Source: Schizochytrium sp. TIO01 (taxonomy: Eukaryota > Protista > Bigyra: Labyrinthulomycetes). Taken from it: a stretch of 64,000 nt of DNA. Of the stretch, positions 1 through 13,680 are shown in pieces. The notes under the pieces are model-generated. The model did no database searches and had not been told where the DNA came from. It was given only the letters and a program-made list of their open reading frames with translations. The number at the start of each line of letters is the position of its first letter. The stretch's first letter is position 1. A program made the position numbers and the translations under genes. The DNA lies in the NCBI GenBank assembly GCA_004764695.1, contig SMSO01000031.1:8414761-8478760 (forward strand), read 5' to 3'.

Positions 1-1019
1 ATTCGGAACCACGATTTATCGAGAATGTCTTACAATGGATAGTCTGACTAGGTTGTTGATGAACCAAATGGGCGTGTAATGTCACTTGAAGGGGGCAGTT
101 GCAACATAATAACTACTGATGATGACCGATTAAAATTCCTTGGAGGTTTGCTCTGACTTGAATTTTAATTTAGAATGCTCATGTGGTGTGACAGAAAATG
201 AGCTTACGCAATCAACGACCAATAATCTTGCACTAAAAAAGAAAGCTATTTTATCCAATTCCATTAAACAAATAAACTCACGCATTCAGGTAAAAGCATC
301 AGCCTAGATCATGGAATGTCATAGTTTCTATCTAGTACTAGACTGCTTGTCCTCTATAAATTGTTGGCCTTTGTACGCAATTCGGGGGACATCCTAGCTT
401 CCGTTAATTTTCAAAATATCTTAGATCTTCAGAGCTTCTAAACTTTAAAAAATCTGCGCAGGCTTGGAAGATATTTGAATGTTCTGCTGAGCTGATTCTT
501 ATGAAGTTGCATCATAAAATTCGTTGCGAGTTGGTCTTGAACAATATCCTTAAAGTCTCTCCTTCCTCAACTGTCCCCTTTTATGTTATTCGTAAAAAAA
601 CCAAAAAAAAAACCAAAAAACTGATGGATCACTCTTCAAACATCGAGCCTACCTCGACCTGTCTTCTGCAGCCAAGTATCCACAGCAACCCGTTCGCTGG
701 TGCATACTACTGCGTACACGGCCAATGTACCATTCCAGCTCGAGATAACCGTGTAAAACGAAGAGTAAAAGGAAAAGAAACGGGAATTAGCGATTGACTG
801 TTTCGTCCAATCCCGTAAGAAACGAGAGGAAGGAAGTTACCGCGTCCTGACTCTGCTCGCAATAAGTGTTTTTCTGCTCGCACTACTCTGCTTGGCGTCG
901 CCCCCTCTACTGAACCTACAAAAACGTTAGAACTTATATAGCCTCTAAATGGTAGTGACTATTCCATATTAATATAGTTATTTAGTTCTTTCTTATAATA
1001 AGAACTAAGAAATAGAATG

Positions 1020-2160
1020 GCTCCCCAAATGAAGCAAACCTTCAATGCAAACCATCAAAGTACTTCAACCAGAAATTTGGCGTCTCCGCAGGGGCGCTTC
1101 GGTGCTTTCCCAGAGACATCGCATACACGCAAGTGGCGACGTTGAGCGCGTCTATGGCTGCGGCTTATTCCGGGGCTGACCGTACCATTTATGTACGCCA
1201 GAAAAGCAAAGAGAGAATTTCAAATGGCAGATTGGTGATATCTATCCAGACGCACGCCTCCGTCGTCTATAAAGACATCGGTGGCTGGGTCAACGACAAC
1301 AGGATGGGTTTGCGCGGCCTACTGGGCTACCGAGATTCACCGCCAGCTTGCACATTGGCTCTGTGAAAGCTACCGTGTTATCCTTGTGTCTAAACTTGAA
1401 AATTCAACAGGTTAAGACAAGATGGATCAAAACCAGGACAGCTCGAACGAGGCGTCGGTGGCTTCTTCTGCCAAGCGCTCATTCTCAAAGACGGACGATC
1501 ATTCCTCCTGCCAGTGGTGCAAGCTGGTTATCTGCCGAGAGGATTGCGTTTCAAAGCCATGCAATGAATCTGGTACCATCCACGGCAACCTCGGAACATC
1601 CAAGGTTTTCAAATGCCTCAAATGCAAACACATCGTGCTATCCACGGTGCCAGAGGCATGCTGTTGCGTTGCCTACCTATCCAAGGCCATGCCTTGAGAA
1701 TCGAATTGGGTCTAACCCGCGATGGGGCCTAGACCCCGCTTTGTCACCATAGGAAATGCAAGTTTTGCAATTTTAGAGGTGCCCTTGAAGCGATGCTTTC
1801 GCCACATCGCTGTCCGCATTGCCACTCAGAACGTAGTACCTATCTACTGCCCACTAAGAGTTTGGGTACTACGGACTGAAGCAGGGCGCCAGAACGTCTG
1901 GAACCGCAGCAGATTCACAATGACGAAGAGCAGCGTTGTTGGGGTTGTTGGCAGCATTGTAAACGGCCTGTCGTGAAACGTGATGGTGCTGCAGTGGTCT
2001 CAGCCGTGGCGGTGTCCTGCTGGACGTCAGCTGAGCGCTCCACGATGACAGCGGCCACTTCTGTAGTTGCTAAGGCTGTTGTTATTGCTATTGTCGTCAT
2101 TGTGGTATCGTGGTTGTGGTGGTTACAATTGGCAAGGCTTTGCGGGATCCCTATGGTTTA
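1020..2160 (+). ncRNA. Candidate structured non-coding RNA block (boundaries approximate)
   Basis: Helix 1343-1359 / 1510-1527 (17 bp, one bulge, one G-U). CGTAGTACC 1832-1840 / GGTACTACG 1865-1873. GGGTCTA 1708-1714 / TAGACCC 1730-1736. Hairpin 1091-1108 capped by a c(UUCG)g tetraloop. No convincing ORF. Confidence 0.5.
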
Positions 2161-2699
2161 GCGTAGATACCTCTATGGACGCCACCCTATAGAAAAGTAA
2201 TAATTTACAAGATGTCCCTTGTCATAAACACTTTTTATTTTTAGAGGATAAATAAAGTGTGAAGTATAAAAATCTTCAGGCTGGCACTTTGTTATTATTA
2301 CATTTTCAAAATTCAAAAAGTAACTAAAAGAAGCCTTTTCTAAAGTTTTTAATAAGAACATATTTTTTTAAAAGCATATGTAGGCATATTGTACATGTAT
2401 ACCTATAAAACTGGCAAATTGGTAGGACCTGCTAGGTACATTTATTTGTTTGGCACAGTTTAAAAGAATCAATAAAACAATAGGTACCAAGGTAGGTAGG
2501 ACCATCCTGATAAGCAAATCACAATACAAGAACATTATTATTATTCCTCGAGTCATTTTAGTATTCTTTAATTTAAAATTAAAAATTGAAAATTTAAATA
2601 AAAGAACAAAGAAAAACTTTCCGCAACATAGAGTGTACCTACCAACTATTAGTACAGTGGTGATTGCTACTACTACCCTATGAAGGTAGGTAAGTACGT

Positions 2700-3895
2700 A
2701 CCTATTCCAATCAGTCGACGAATAAGCGCGCAACGGTGACCATTGATTCAACTCTTCACGGGCACTCTCGATGTCATGATGGTAAGAACGAAGTTGATTG
2801 AATATTGAAGCGCGTCAGAACTGCTCAAGCTGCTTGAGGTAGTCTGCGCACCTTTTGCGCGTTCTTGGCACGGCGCCGATTTCGATGATGCGAAGATCAA
2901 CGACGATGGTGTTAGTTTAAAGCGCTCCGAACAGATTTGAGCTTTCAAGTTCGATGATGATGTCGAACGGTCGCTTAGATGCACCGGATGAAAGATAATC
3001 GGGCAACGCTAATGCTGACCTTAAATGAGGCGAAAGCGGCACAAGCTCCAGCGCTTGAGAGATTGCGAGAGTATCTTCAATCAACCATTCGAAGACTTTG
3101 TGCTCCTCACCTCCTCGTGCGAGTAAGCCCCAAAGAGTTCTAAAGTTTTGCTAAGCTTTGACGATACGTTATGATGTTTTTTGATGGTGATGGAAACCAC
3201 AATCGTCGCACTCGCTGGTGACGACGTCATATGTGTGTACACACACCCCTTCCGATAGTCTTGCAAAATATATGATTATATAGTCCCCAGGGAGCTCATA
3301 CCACCTCCGTTGGCACATGAACCTGAGTCGCTAGGTCACTGAGCTCGAGCAGAATCAAGTGATCAGACAACTAATGCGGAGAGAGCAGGTGGCAGTCTTG
3401 GCCCCTTTTTCAGTTTCGACCTCGCCAATATCTTCAATGGCAAACTTGGATTAGGAAAACTATTAAACCAAGGCAAATTGCCACACATTCCACTTTTTAC
3501 ACAATACGGAGACTTTTAGGAAACCGAGAATGAAATACTGAGCCCCATCCGAGTAGATGTAGATATTAGAATCGCAATCTGTATGGAAATGCTTCATTTC
3601 ACTTCAAGTACAGATCGATCGTAATTTTAGACGGTAAATACCTACACAGGAACTGGGCTCACGCCACCTTCAGGTGGACGGACCCTGGTGAAGTCAACAA
3701 ACACTTGAGCAGTCAGTAGATGTAGGTGCACAACGTTTTACATAGAACCTCAAGGAACGATAATCTCAGACCTTTCGTCTTTCAAGAAACTGAAAGAACT
3801 GACTTCGTTCATTCATTTCCTATATCAGTATCACGAGGTAAAAGTTATATATATATTTGTCTGAATAGAAGTTTAACTTTTATTGTTTATTTTAA

Positions 3896-3933
<38 letters not shown>

Positions 3934-4760
3934 TTCTCAGTCATGTTCCAATATATTCTTTAAAAAAAAAAAACTTTATTTTAAAAAATACTCTGCGGTG
4001 CCTTAGTTTTGGCGCAGAAATGCAAAAGAAGTGATTCAATTTTCGAGCGCGCATTTCTTTGGCGACAGGTGTCATATTTGCAACTGAGGGGCCCTGTGCT
4101 TCCCAAACCAAAACGGAATGCTGCCGTGACTTATTTTGACGGGACTTTGCCAATTGAGTTGGTGTATTAACTCCAAACGAGTGACGACTTGAAATGGGCG
4201 TGAGCTAAAATCTAAACATAATTCACCTACCTTACCAAATAGTCCAGAATGAGAGGAAGGAATTATTTATTTATATGTTTTCAGTTTTCATTACATTGCG
4301 TTGAAAGTCTGTTCACCATCGCGCCCAGATTCGTCGTTGTTGAGCGTGCAAGTGATGTTTGATGTCTTCACGTATCCCTTTGGCTTCTCTCTTTTCCATG
4401 CGCTCCTTGAGATCAAGCAACGTACTCTGGTTCTTTCAAGGTTGCAGGCGCTTAGTCCCGCGAGATTGTTGCTCTCTTTCTTCGGAGTGCACACCCTGAC
4501 CAATAGCAACTCTCACTGGAATAGTATCATTCATGTATTGCAAGCACTTCTGGCCGCAACGCAAAATTAAACAATGGGTGCAGCATAGGAAACTTGGTCA
4601 ATTTTGTCCCCGGTGAAACTAGCATTGTTTCCCCGGTTGCCGACATGGCTATCCCAAAACCATATAAAGCCGCGATTTCTTGATTTTCACCGTTCTATTA
4701 AAGAGTCGGAGGGTAATAGAATCCCAGTCTACCTCCTTTTTCACTTTCACTGTCCGAGTT
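2700..4760 (+). ncRNA. Candidate structured non-coding block(s), split by an AT-rich/(TAA)n linker at ~3840-3990
   Basis: Tight hairpins CTCAAG/CTTGAG 2824-2838 and GTTCGATG/TGTCGAAC 2949-2968. AGAAATGC 4016-4023 / GCATTTCT 4051-4058. All frames are interrupted. Confidence 0.3.
3899..3930. repeat. (TAA)n microsatellite
   Basis: About 10 tandem AAT units. Confidence 0.9.
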
Positions 4761-7560
4761 AGGTAATCAGATTAAAAAAATCTTGTTTCAAGTTTCAAAA
4801 CAATCACTCATTCCTCATTTGTTCCTATACAATACCACGAATATGTCTTTCTTCTTATTCTGCCTTTGCTTTCTTTAGGCATATGCTATATGCGTGCTTT
4901 TATCAAAGACAAAATGGCAAAGGACATTCGACTTTTGGCTTATAGCATCAGGAAGAGAGACAAAATGAGCAGACTTTTTTTATTTTATTTTTTTAATTTA
5001 AAAATTAACATCGTTTAAAATCTTCATTAGACTCCTGAAAACTTTATAATGTTACACAGGTAGATAATATCTACTACTGAATACCATAACACTTCAGAAC
5101 GCGAAAATTAGCCACTGGCTTTGCAGCATTTCCTCTTCAATGGATCAAAACTCGGCGTGTGAATGAGCTCAGTCAGCACTAGTACAACCTCAGCCAAGTC
5201 CATCCTCGACTGTGCATCATCATCGTCGGCAATCTCCAATCTCCGCAGAGCCATCAATCCATGAAGCAATCCTGATAGAGCAGCCGTGATCATCAATCAA
5301 TCAATCAAACAAACAATCAATCAATCAATTAGTCAATCAATACATTGCAATCACAATCGATAGATACCCACTGCCGCTGCCTGCAACCAATCGCACCACA
5401 GCAGCAGCCAATATATAGATTGAAGTTTCTGCTTCGGCTGTTGTTCTATTCGATGTTGGCGATTATTCGCTCTGCAGAGTTGATGAGTCTCCTTCGCTGC
5501 GCAGTTTCGTGAAACTTGAGCTCTAACTAACTTAGCACGAGTCTCTCAAACTACCGAAGTGCCGCGTGCCTGCCTTGACCTGCCTTCTTCCTGCTTTCTC
5601 AGTCTCGATGGATGTAATCCTTATTCATTCCCGCATTCACTCCTTGCCAATCATGATTTAAAAACAAATTAAAAACAGGTTAAAGAAACAAGAATGACAA
5701 GAGAAGTAAACGCTTACCCGAAGATTGTGGCTTTAGAAAATAAATCGTTCATCACACGCATCATACAGTACGGCTAGGCACTGCCTTAGCACGGTACCAG
5801 TATTTTCTTCGGGTAAGGTATGCTAGTTTAATCACTAGGCTCGCTCCAATGAAAGTTTTTTTTACTTTATTTTTAAATAAAGTATATTTACTTTTAATTT
5901 AGAAAATAAAAATAAGAATTAAAAAAACCTGGGAAGAGACCAAGCAAGAGAGAGCGAGCTCGACAAATGAAAAGCGATCAGTGCGTCAGAATTGGAGCCT
6001 CAGACACTGCACAGCAGCTGCACCTCAGAGAGCCGCTGAGAGCCGCTCGAGCCAGCTTTGAGCAGAGTCGTTTTCGTTGCCGAGAGGAGAGAGAAACCTC
6101 CAATCGAACTCTCAATCAACCTTCGAGTTCACAGCGAGACTGTGCTCATTTCATTCATACCTACGCAGTGCTTTTTCTGATTTTACTTTACTTTACTTTT
6201 TTCCAATTGTTTTTAAAGAGGGGTGACACCAACAACAAAGAAGAGGGAAAGAAAAGCTCACTCACTGCCCTAAAAAGAATGCCTTGCCAAGAAGAATTCA
6301 TCCTTTCTTTGGGAAAACAAGGCTCCGCTCGCTGCGTAGCCCTAAGCGGAGGGCCTTTGGGCGAGTTGAGGCAGCCACAGGTCAACTGACTGCGAGACGA
6401 GAGAGCTTTATGGTCGGTCTGCGATTTCAACTCAACTCGTGAGGATGGTTGGTCGTTATGAGGCACTTGCACAGCTTTCCTCTGTAGTAATGTATCTGTG
6501 AATCCCTCTGTGAGAGAGCTCGCTAAGGCGGTCTTACTGCTTTCAGTAGAAGGCGGCGCGAGCGGTTCACCTCGGTCCGAGAGGTAAAATAATATAATTC
6601 GCTGCGCTAGGAAAGTAAGTTGACTTGACCGCGGTTATTGTAGCGTTGAAAGAAACGGTCCTCATCGCTTCGAGATTCACTCACGGAGGGCGTCGGAGAT
6701 ATATGCGACGCTGAGTGTGGAAATGGCGGCCACGCGAGCATAAGCAGCCGCGTCGAAGAAATGAAGAGCAGGCTTTTCTGCTTTCTATTTCGCTTCTTTT
6801 TGATGTTAGCACATCACATGTTTACTTATTCTCTTTTCTTTCTTTAAAAAGTAAATACTCGGACCGTGAAGAGCAACATCGCAAATACTGAAGGAAGACC
6901 TTACTTCATTTTATCATGATTCGATGATACCCTTATTATTTTGAGTTTATGGAATAAGTTCCCAGACCCGCTATTAGTTTGGAGAGGCGCCCCTTCTCTC
7001 TTCTGCTCTTCTGTGGCCTGCCTCGAAGCCTCACCTCTATACGGAGATCTTGAATTATGCCTGGCTTGGTGCCAGAATCTTCGCCAGAACGACCAGTCTT
7101 GGCGATTGAGTTGGTTTTATCTACTACTTTTTAGAAAACTAAGAAAGGTCATCATTACTAACCACGATGACTTAGAATTCGATGACTTAGAATTCCAAAG
7201 AGAAGCGAACAGTAGAAAGGAAAAAGAAAGAATAAAGTCTCTCTTTAGGTAGACGGGCTAAAAAGGAAGTTAAAAGCTCCTGCTAACAAGAGAGAGTAAG
7301 CGAGCAAAGAACTGACTTTGCCCAAACTAATCAACACCACCCTCAGACACCAACATCAACAGTGAAGAAATTCTTGCCTACACTAAGAGTGTCTCCTTGT
7401 TTGCTTGCTTGTTTGTCTGCTTGCTTGCCAACTCTCTGTCCTCTCCCCAATAGAGGGAGTTCTTCACTGCTGATTTTATCATGGTGTTCTCAGCTCCAGT
7501 CCTAGCTATCTGTCTCTTTAGTAGTAGCTAACATTCTTCATCGCCTGTTTCCGTACTATG

Positions 7561-7647
<87 letters not shown>
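7561..7647. repeat. (TCTA)n microsatellite
   Basis: About 21 perfect TCTA units. Confidence 0.97.
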
Positions 7648-9567
7648 CATGGATGGATGAATGAATGATCAGAGCTCAACTTATGGGTGCCTTAAAAACT
7701 CCAACATCAGCTCTGAGCCTAGTAGGTCATGTGCCTACAGCCTAAATTTCTATCTGGCAGCCGTGGATCTGATCGCCACGATTCGTCAGTGATTCGTCAC
7801 GTCCAAAGCATTCTGCAATCGAAGTTGTGCTGAGTTGTGTAGGTACAATGAAACACCGAAAGTGACACATCAACTTGATATGAGCTAGCTAGTTAGTTAG
7901 CTAGTCAGCTAGTAAGCGAATTAGTTAGTTAAATCGCTACTCTTGCCAGTAGCGCCTTCTGCTTCTGCGAGCAGGATACCACTACGCGCTATCACTAGCG
8001 CCCATCTACCCCATTCCGTAGCAATGCCTACTCAATACTTTGGCCTCGTTTTAAAATAACTTTTTAATTGATTTTAATTAAAAAATAGAATTCAGGGTTT
8101 TATTATTTTAATTAAATAGTTTAAGTATATTTGTATATTATTTATTTTCATCTTGATAAATTATTTCTTACCTGTGGAATGATTTCCAAGTAAGAATACC
8201 TAGAACTCTCATAAGGAGCGCTCGTGGAAAAAACCCAATCGACTGAAAAAAAATTGAACCATACTAGGACACAATTAGTGCATATGTTAGCAATTGCGAG
8301 TACTTTACTCCTTCCTCTACGGAAAAGAGTAAGCACTGCCGCCTAAAAGGAAACACTAGGAAGAGAGATAAAGTGGACGATTGTGTTTATCATTGTTTGT
8401 ATTAAATTCTACAAGATTTATGCGTCTCTATGATTGGGAAACTATGATAGGCTAAACTTGTTGTTGACTGTTCTATTCAAATTATTATGCTGGCTGTTCT
8501 TCATAATTGATTCTCTTTTTCCATTTTAGAAGAGAAAAGAGAATGATTTGTTTGTTCCTCTTGATTATGTTCCTCTATTATTTATTTTTGAATTGATTTG
8601 CTTTTACCTATAAATGAAATTGCTTTCGTTTGTTGTTCAATAAAGTTTCAAGTTTATTTGTGTGTTCGTTCAATTTAGTTTCTTTATCTCTTTGTTTGTT
8701 TGTTTCTTTGTTTGTTTCTTTCTTTCTTTCTCTCCATCGCGCAACAAAGAGTCCATTCCCGCGCCCGCTCCCGCTGCCAGCACCGGCAGCAGCAGCGCAG
8801 CAGACGCAGGCAGCCGCAGCACCAGCAGTAGAGGCCCCAGGCTTGGAGGACCGAGACGCAGAGGTAGAACCGGGTCTCGCCTTAAAAGCGTAAAGCTTTA
8901 GAGAAAGGCCGAGGCGACACGCAGCAGCGCCGATTTCCTCTGCCTTCGCTCCACAGGGTCCCTCGTGCTACCCCGCTCCGCCGTTGCTCTGTCGAAGCCC
9001 GTTCCCGCTCGCCCAGAACATACTCTTAGCCGTGGCCGCTTGGAAACCCCTTTAACTCGCTAGCTGGTGCGCGACGTGTGGCCTTCTTCTCTCAGGAACG
9101 TCGGTCTTCATTTCCTTCCTCCTCTATTCTTTCATTATTCCCTTTTGCTTTCACTCTCGGCAATACGAGGGCTCTCATCATCACGCCAGATTAGAACCTC
9201 ATTCGCGTGGGGTTTTCTAGTCTTCAATCTCTGGTCTGCATTTTCGGTTGTTAGCGATTTCTTGGCCAACTTCTGCGAGGAAATTTGCACTCTCGTGTTC
9301 ATCTCGCAAATCAAGGTGAACGAATCAGATTTTAGTCTTTGCAGGCAAACAAAAAAGAGACCACATCGAGGATTTAAAATTGACGTGTTGCGTGCAGAGC
9401 AAATTATTTAAGGGGTTGTGGCTTTGGGCGACTTATCACTCAAGTGTACCCAAAGTTTCTCGTGGATAGTTCAGTCTCGTCGAGTGGATTAAAACTAGCT
9501 AGTTAGCTAGCTGGCGAGCTACTTCACTAGCTCGCTGGCCTAGCGATCTACTCGAGCAACCGCGTGG

Positions 9568-12189
9568 ATGGCATCGACCCAGGTGCTAAACCTGATGCGA
9601 TCTTCTAACAATACTGCACCGCAAGCAGACTTCGCCTCGACGTCATCATCGTCATCGTCAGCATCATCGTCCTCGTCAGCATCAAATTCCTCAAACCCAT
9701 CTCCATCTCATCTCCGTTCTGGTAACGCGACAATGCTTCGGAGCGCGAGCGGCGGTGACGATGCTGCGCCATATCAGCAGTTCTCTTCTGCAATGTCCAT
9801 GGGTCTCGGCAATGCCAATAACGGCAACAACAACAGCGGCAGCAGTAACGACATGCATCAAACCTATCAGGATGGCGGCAGCAACAATAGCAACGGTGGA
9901 TACGTTTTCGAGACAGGTCAAAGGAAAAGACCCTTTCCCGGTGCCAACCAGCAAATATCTTTGGAGCGCCTCTCGAATTTAGCAGAGCTATCTTCGATGC
10001 ATCTCACGGATCTTCGCAATGGCACAAATCTCGGCGCTGATCAAGGCCGCTCATCGAATCTAAGCAACTCAGGACTTGTACTCCCACGCCTCTCGCTGAG
10101 TCAGCCTATGCCAGCTGATGGCACGAGGTCGCCCAGCTTGTCAAACCTGTCGAGCTTTGGAGGTAACGCCCCGCGGGGATCGGGGCTCAGTTTCCTCCTT
10201 GGCCAGACTTCCAACAATAACAACCACAATAGCAATGGACATAATCATAACATCAGTGGGTCAGCCCAGCAGCAGTCTGACAACTCATTTATGACGGGGG
10301 GGGCTCGGTTCACTAACTCCAGTTCAGAATCCAATACCAATGATCGCTTTTTGCGCTTCACAGGTCTCGGCATGGGCCTTGATCGCCCTTCCAACTTATC
10401 GCAAGGCATCGGGCGCTTTACAAGCCATCTCCTTCTAGATCCCTCGGCGCGACCCTCAAACCTTGCAGAACAAATAAATCGTCTCTCCAATCTCGGCTTT
10501 CCCACAGGGTCTAGCTTCTCGCAGCCCATGGGTGGCACAGGCACATCAACTTCATCATCAGCGGGTCCGAGCGTCCCCTTTGTAACTGGTCGCCCTGCCA
10601 GCAACATTGGTGCTCGTCAACCGCCAGTTCCATCAGCAATACCACAGGGAAATGACAGAAACATTATTGGTAACGGCAACAACAACAACAACAACAACAA
10701 TAACAACAATAACAACACGTATTTTACTGGTGTTGGTAGCTTAGGAGGGCGAGGGAACTTTGGCCAGCTCTCAGCAGGTAACGGTGGCAGCAACAAGTCT
10801 TCGACATACGGTGCATCATCTCCAACAGAGAGCGTTAGAACAAGTGGTCTTAGTGTTGGTCGTGATTACAACGATGGAAGCTATGGTGACGTAAAGCAGA
10901 GCATCCCTGCTGGTGCTTCAGCGCGTAATGGAAACAACGCGGGCAACGATCATACCGAAGCTGGCTATAAAATCTCGGGGGCACCAAGCTCTAAGCCATA
11001 CCATACGGTCTCGCAAGGAAATGGTGGGGCTGCTAACAACAACAACAACAACAACAACAAAACCGCTATCCAAGTCAAAACTGAAGAAAAGGAACGAGAT
11101 GACCACCTTGATAGAGACTCAAAGTCGCCGTCGGCATCTTCACCAGCTGCTGTTTCCCGTGCAGAGCTTTCTGCAGGTCTTCACTCGCTCGAACTTTTCC
11201 TCCGGTTTGTCAAGGAATATCCTGATCCAGAAATGCCTTCTCGCACAATTATTGACACCAGCCAAATCCTTAGCAGTGAGTGCTACGAAGCATGGATTGC
11301 TACTCGACGGGGTTCATTGAAAAAGCCAGAGGAATCATTTCGCCGTGCTCTTACTGCTCATGTTACTGGAGCTGATCGCCGTCGACCTTTTCCGCCGCAT
11401 GTCGAGGCTAGCCTTTTAATTGAACTTCGAAAACAGAAAACGTGGCCCTGCTTCGAAGGCCGTATGTCACAGAATGAAAACAAACCTATTAAAATTGGTG
11501 AACAAGGATTTCGTACACATGGCTATCATGAGCGTAAAGCTTCTGAGGCCAAAGACTCCCAACAACGCGCGGATCGTAATATTTCTCCTTCAAATTTCTC
11601 TAGTAGCCCCTTGCAGGCTAATAATATGTCTGCTCCTGTTCACCCTGTTCCACTCATGCTCAATGGTCGGGCCAACCCGGGCCACGGGCATCAGCAACCT
11701 TTTGCTACAGGCCAACAATCACACCACCACCAGCCGCAGCAGCAGCAGCAGCAGCAACAGCAGCACTTTTCCCGTTTCCCTCCTGCCATGCAGCAACATC
11801 TTCAGCAGCAACAGCTACAACAACAACAACATCAGCAACACCCTTCTCAAGACGCATCTCTAGGCAGTAGGAACACGAGTGGCGGGGCTTACTCAATCGG
11901 CAACGCTGGGGCTGCTGACAAGTCTGGGTCCCGCGGATCTTCTTTAGGTAATATGGTTGTGTCCAATTTTTTCCCCCAATCGATCATTGACAACCTTCAA
12001 TCAAATGGCTCGTCAGCTTCCTCCAGCTCTTACCCTGGTGGAGGAAATCCGCAAGCATTTCTCTCACGATCGGGAGCACCCCCATACAGCAACGTGTACA
12101 GTAATCAAGCCTCGCCCCTACACAAACGGAAGGATCACGACGGTGTGGATAATAACCCAGCCAAACGCCAACACTTTTCGTTGCGCTAG
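9568..12189 (+). CDS. 873-aa low-complexity (S/N/G/Q-rich) protein with one compact ~120-aa globular domain; putative transcription regulator
   Basis: Long ATG-initiated ORF with poly-N and poly-Q tracts. Ordered segment CYEAWIATRRGSLKKPEESFRRALTAHVTGADRRRPF...WPCF. Basic NLS-like motifs RKRP and KRK...AKRQ. Confidence 0.85.
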   Translation: MASTQVLNLMRSSNNTAPQADFASTSSSSSSASSSSSASNSSNPSPSHLRSGNATMLRSASGGDDAAPYQQFSSAMSMGLGNANNGNNNSGSSNDMHQTYQDGGSNNSNGGYVFETGQRKRPFPGANQQISLERLSNLAELSSMHLTDLRNGTNLGADQGRSSNLSNSGLVLPRLSLSQPMPADGTRSPSLSNLSSFGGNAPRGSGLSFLLGQTSNNNNHNSNGHNHNISGSAQQQSDNSFMTGGARFTNSSSESNTNDRFLRFTGLGMGLDRPSNLSQGIGRFTSHLLLDPSARPSNLAEQINRLSNLGFPTGSSFSQPMGGTGTSTSSSAGPSVPFVTGRPASNIGARQPPVPSAIPQGNDRNIIGNGNNNNNNNNNNNNNTYFTGVGSLGGRGNFGQLSAGNGGSNKSSTYGASSPTESVRTSGLSVGRDYNDGSYGDVKQSIPAGASARNGNNAGNDHTEAGYKISGAPSSKPYHTVSQGNGGAANNNNNNNNKTAIQVKTEEKERDDHLDRDSKSPSASSPAAVSRAELSAGLHSLELFLRFVKEYPDPEMPSRTIIDTSQILSSECYEAWIATRRGSLKKPEESFRRALTAHVTGADRRRPFPPHVEASLLIELRKQKTWPCFEGRMSQNENKPIKIGEQGFRTHGYHERKASEAKDSQQRADRNISPSNFSSSPLQANNMSAPVHPVPLMLNGRANPGHGHQQPFATGQQSHHHQPQQQQQQQQQHFSRFPPAMQQHLQQQQLQQQQHQQHPSQDASLGSRNTSGGAYSIGNAGAADKSGSRGSSLGNMVVSNFFPQSIIDNLQSNGSSASSSSYPGGGNPQAFLSRSGAPPYSNVYSNQASPLHKRKDHDGVDNNPAKRQHFSLR

Positions 12190-13680
12190 TCGCTTGTGTG
12201 CCGTCTACCTCTCATTGCACAGAAGCAAAAACGTTATTTTGGTCTTAGGACTCAAAAATGTCTAGCAAGTGTGCATTTGCCACATTGATTTTATATAGGG
12301 CAATTTAGACAGATTGACCCATTTCATAACGTCATATGAATGGCTGCAACCCTGATTTTATCTTGCAGTAACTGATCTGTGCTGCCTGTGTATTATCATG
12401 GCCTTGTATAACCAATCGCCGCCCACAAAAGAAATCCAAACTTGGAAGAGGGGTGCCTCTCGTGCAATCTTATTTGTCTTCATTTACTTTCTTTATTTTC
12501 TCCTGAAACTGTTGTGGGGCGTATTATCACCATAGATGTAGCGCACCACCAATCTCTTTCCAAACTTTATACACATACACGGTTCGTATGAATCAGCAAC
12601 TATCAAATCTGACAAAGAAATTAATTTCGGCGTCTTCTTAACATACACATAGCAAGTTCTCCCCTATTCCCTCAAGTGCGTAGGCGACAAAGCTCTTGGT
12701 TACATTGCGTAACGGAGAGAATCCATGATTGAAATAAACCATAAATTCCTGACGCACTGAGGCACTATTTTCTGCATTTTCCGGACCTCTCCCGGGTCTG
12801 GTCCGCACATTTGTTTGCCACTCCTTAGTGCAAATGCTATTTAGCCCTGGCACCTGCAAAATGTAGACATTTTTCATCTTTTCAGACAGTTTTGACTTTT
12901 GGATCCTATCATTTGTATTTTTCTAGCTTTCAAAGCCTCGCATTTTTTTTAAATGATAACTGAAAGATTGGCTTATAAAACCGCAGGCTATTTACGGCAA
13001 CAACTTTAACTGTATCCTACATAGATCAATTTCAACAGTGCAGAATAACTATCTAAATCTAGATAGTCCCTACAAACGGACCGCAACATCAAAACAGTTT
13101 GCCAAGTATACTGCAGAAGGTGAATCTAAAAACAGCACCTACCCCTACCTTAAGGTACTAAAACTGACTATGGGTTGGCCAAGTTAGAGAATGTAGTACT
13201 TCTTTTTTTCTTTCCTTCTATAACACTGCATTCTCATCCTTTCTTGTTATATGCCGTTCTGAGTGTGTTTCAATGTCTCGCAAAGAGTCGCCTTTTATAA
13301 TCGGCAAGTCCTCAATCGAAGAGAGCCGGCAGGTTTATGCATTCACCTTTTATATGACTGCACTGCAGAAGGTAACTCCATAATAGGATAAATTACTTCA
13401 GCATTAAATTTCTATCTCAATTAGTGACTTGTTATGTTATGAGCGTTGCTGAGTAGGTACATACCACTACCTACCTACTAGATGTTCTCTCAGAAATCCA
13501 GTACCTAGGTAGCAAATGCAAAGATCCAAACCCAAATCAGATTAAAGCAAACCCGCATCGTCGCTACGAAGCCGAAACAGGACTTCGAGATCCAGAAATC
13601 TATTATCTAAATACTGCCCAGACCTCGTGTACCACAGAGTGCGTGCGTGACAAGAAACTAGAAGTCGAAAAGCATCGACG

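Noticed and set aside
1422-1880. CxxC-rich short ORFs suggesting a decayed zinc-finger gene
   Set aside because: The motifs are in different frames with no recognisable family, and the region is better explained by RNA structure. Not fully excluded.
3195-3240. IVALAGDDVIC resembling RdRp motif C
   Set aside because: No properly spaced motifs A or B, and the frame is closed by nearby stops; likely chance.
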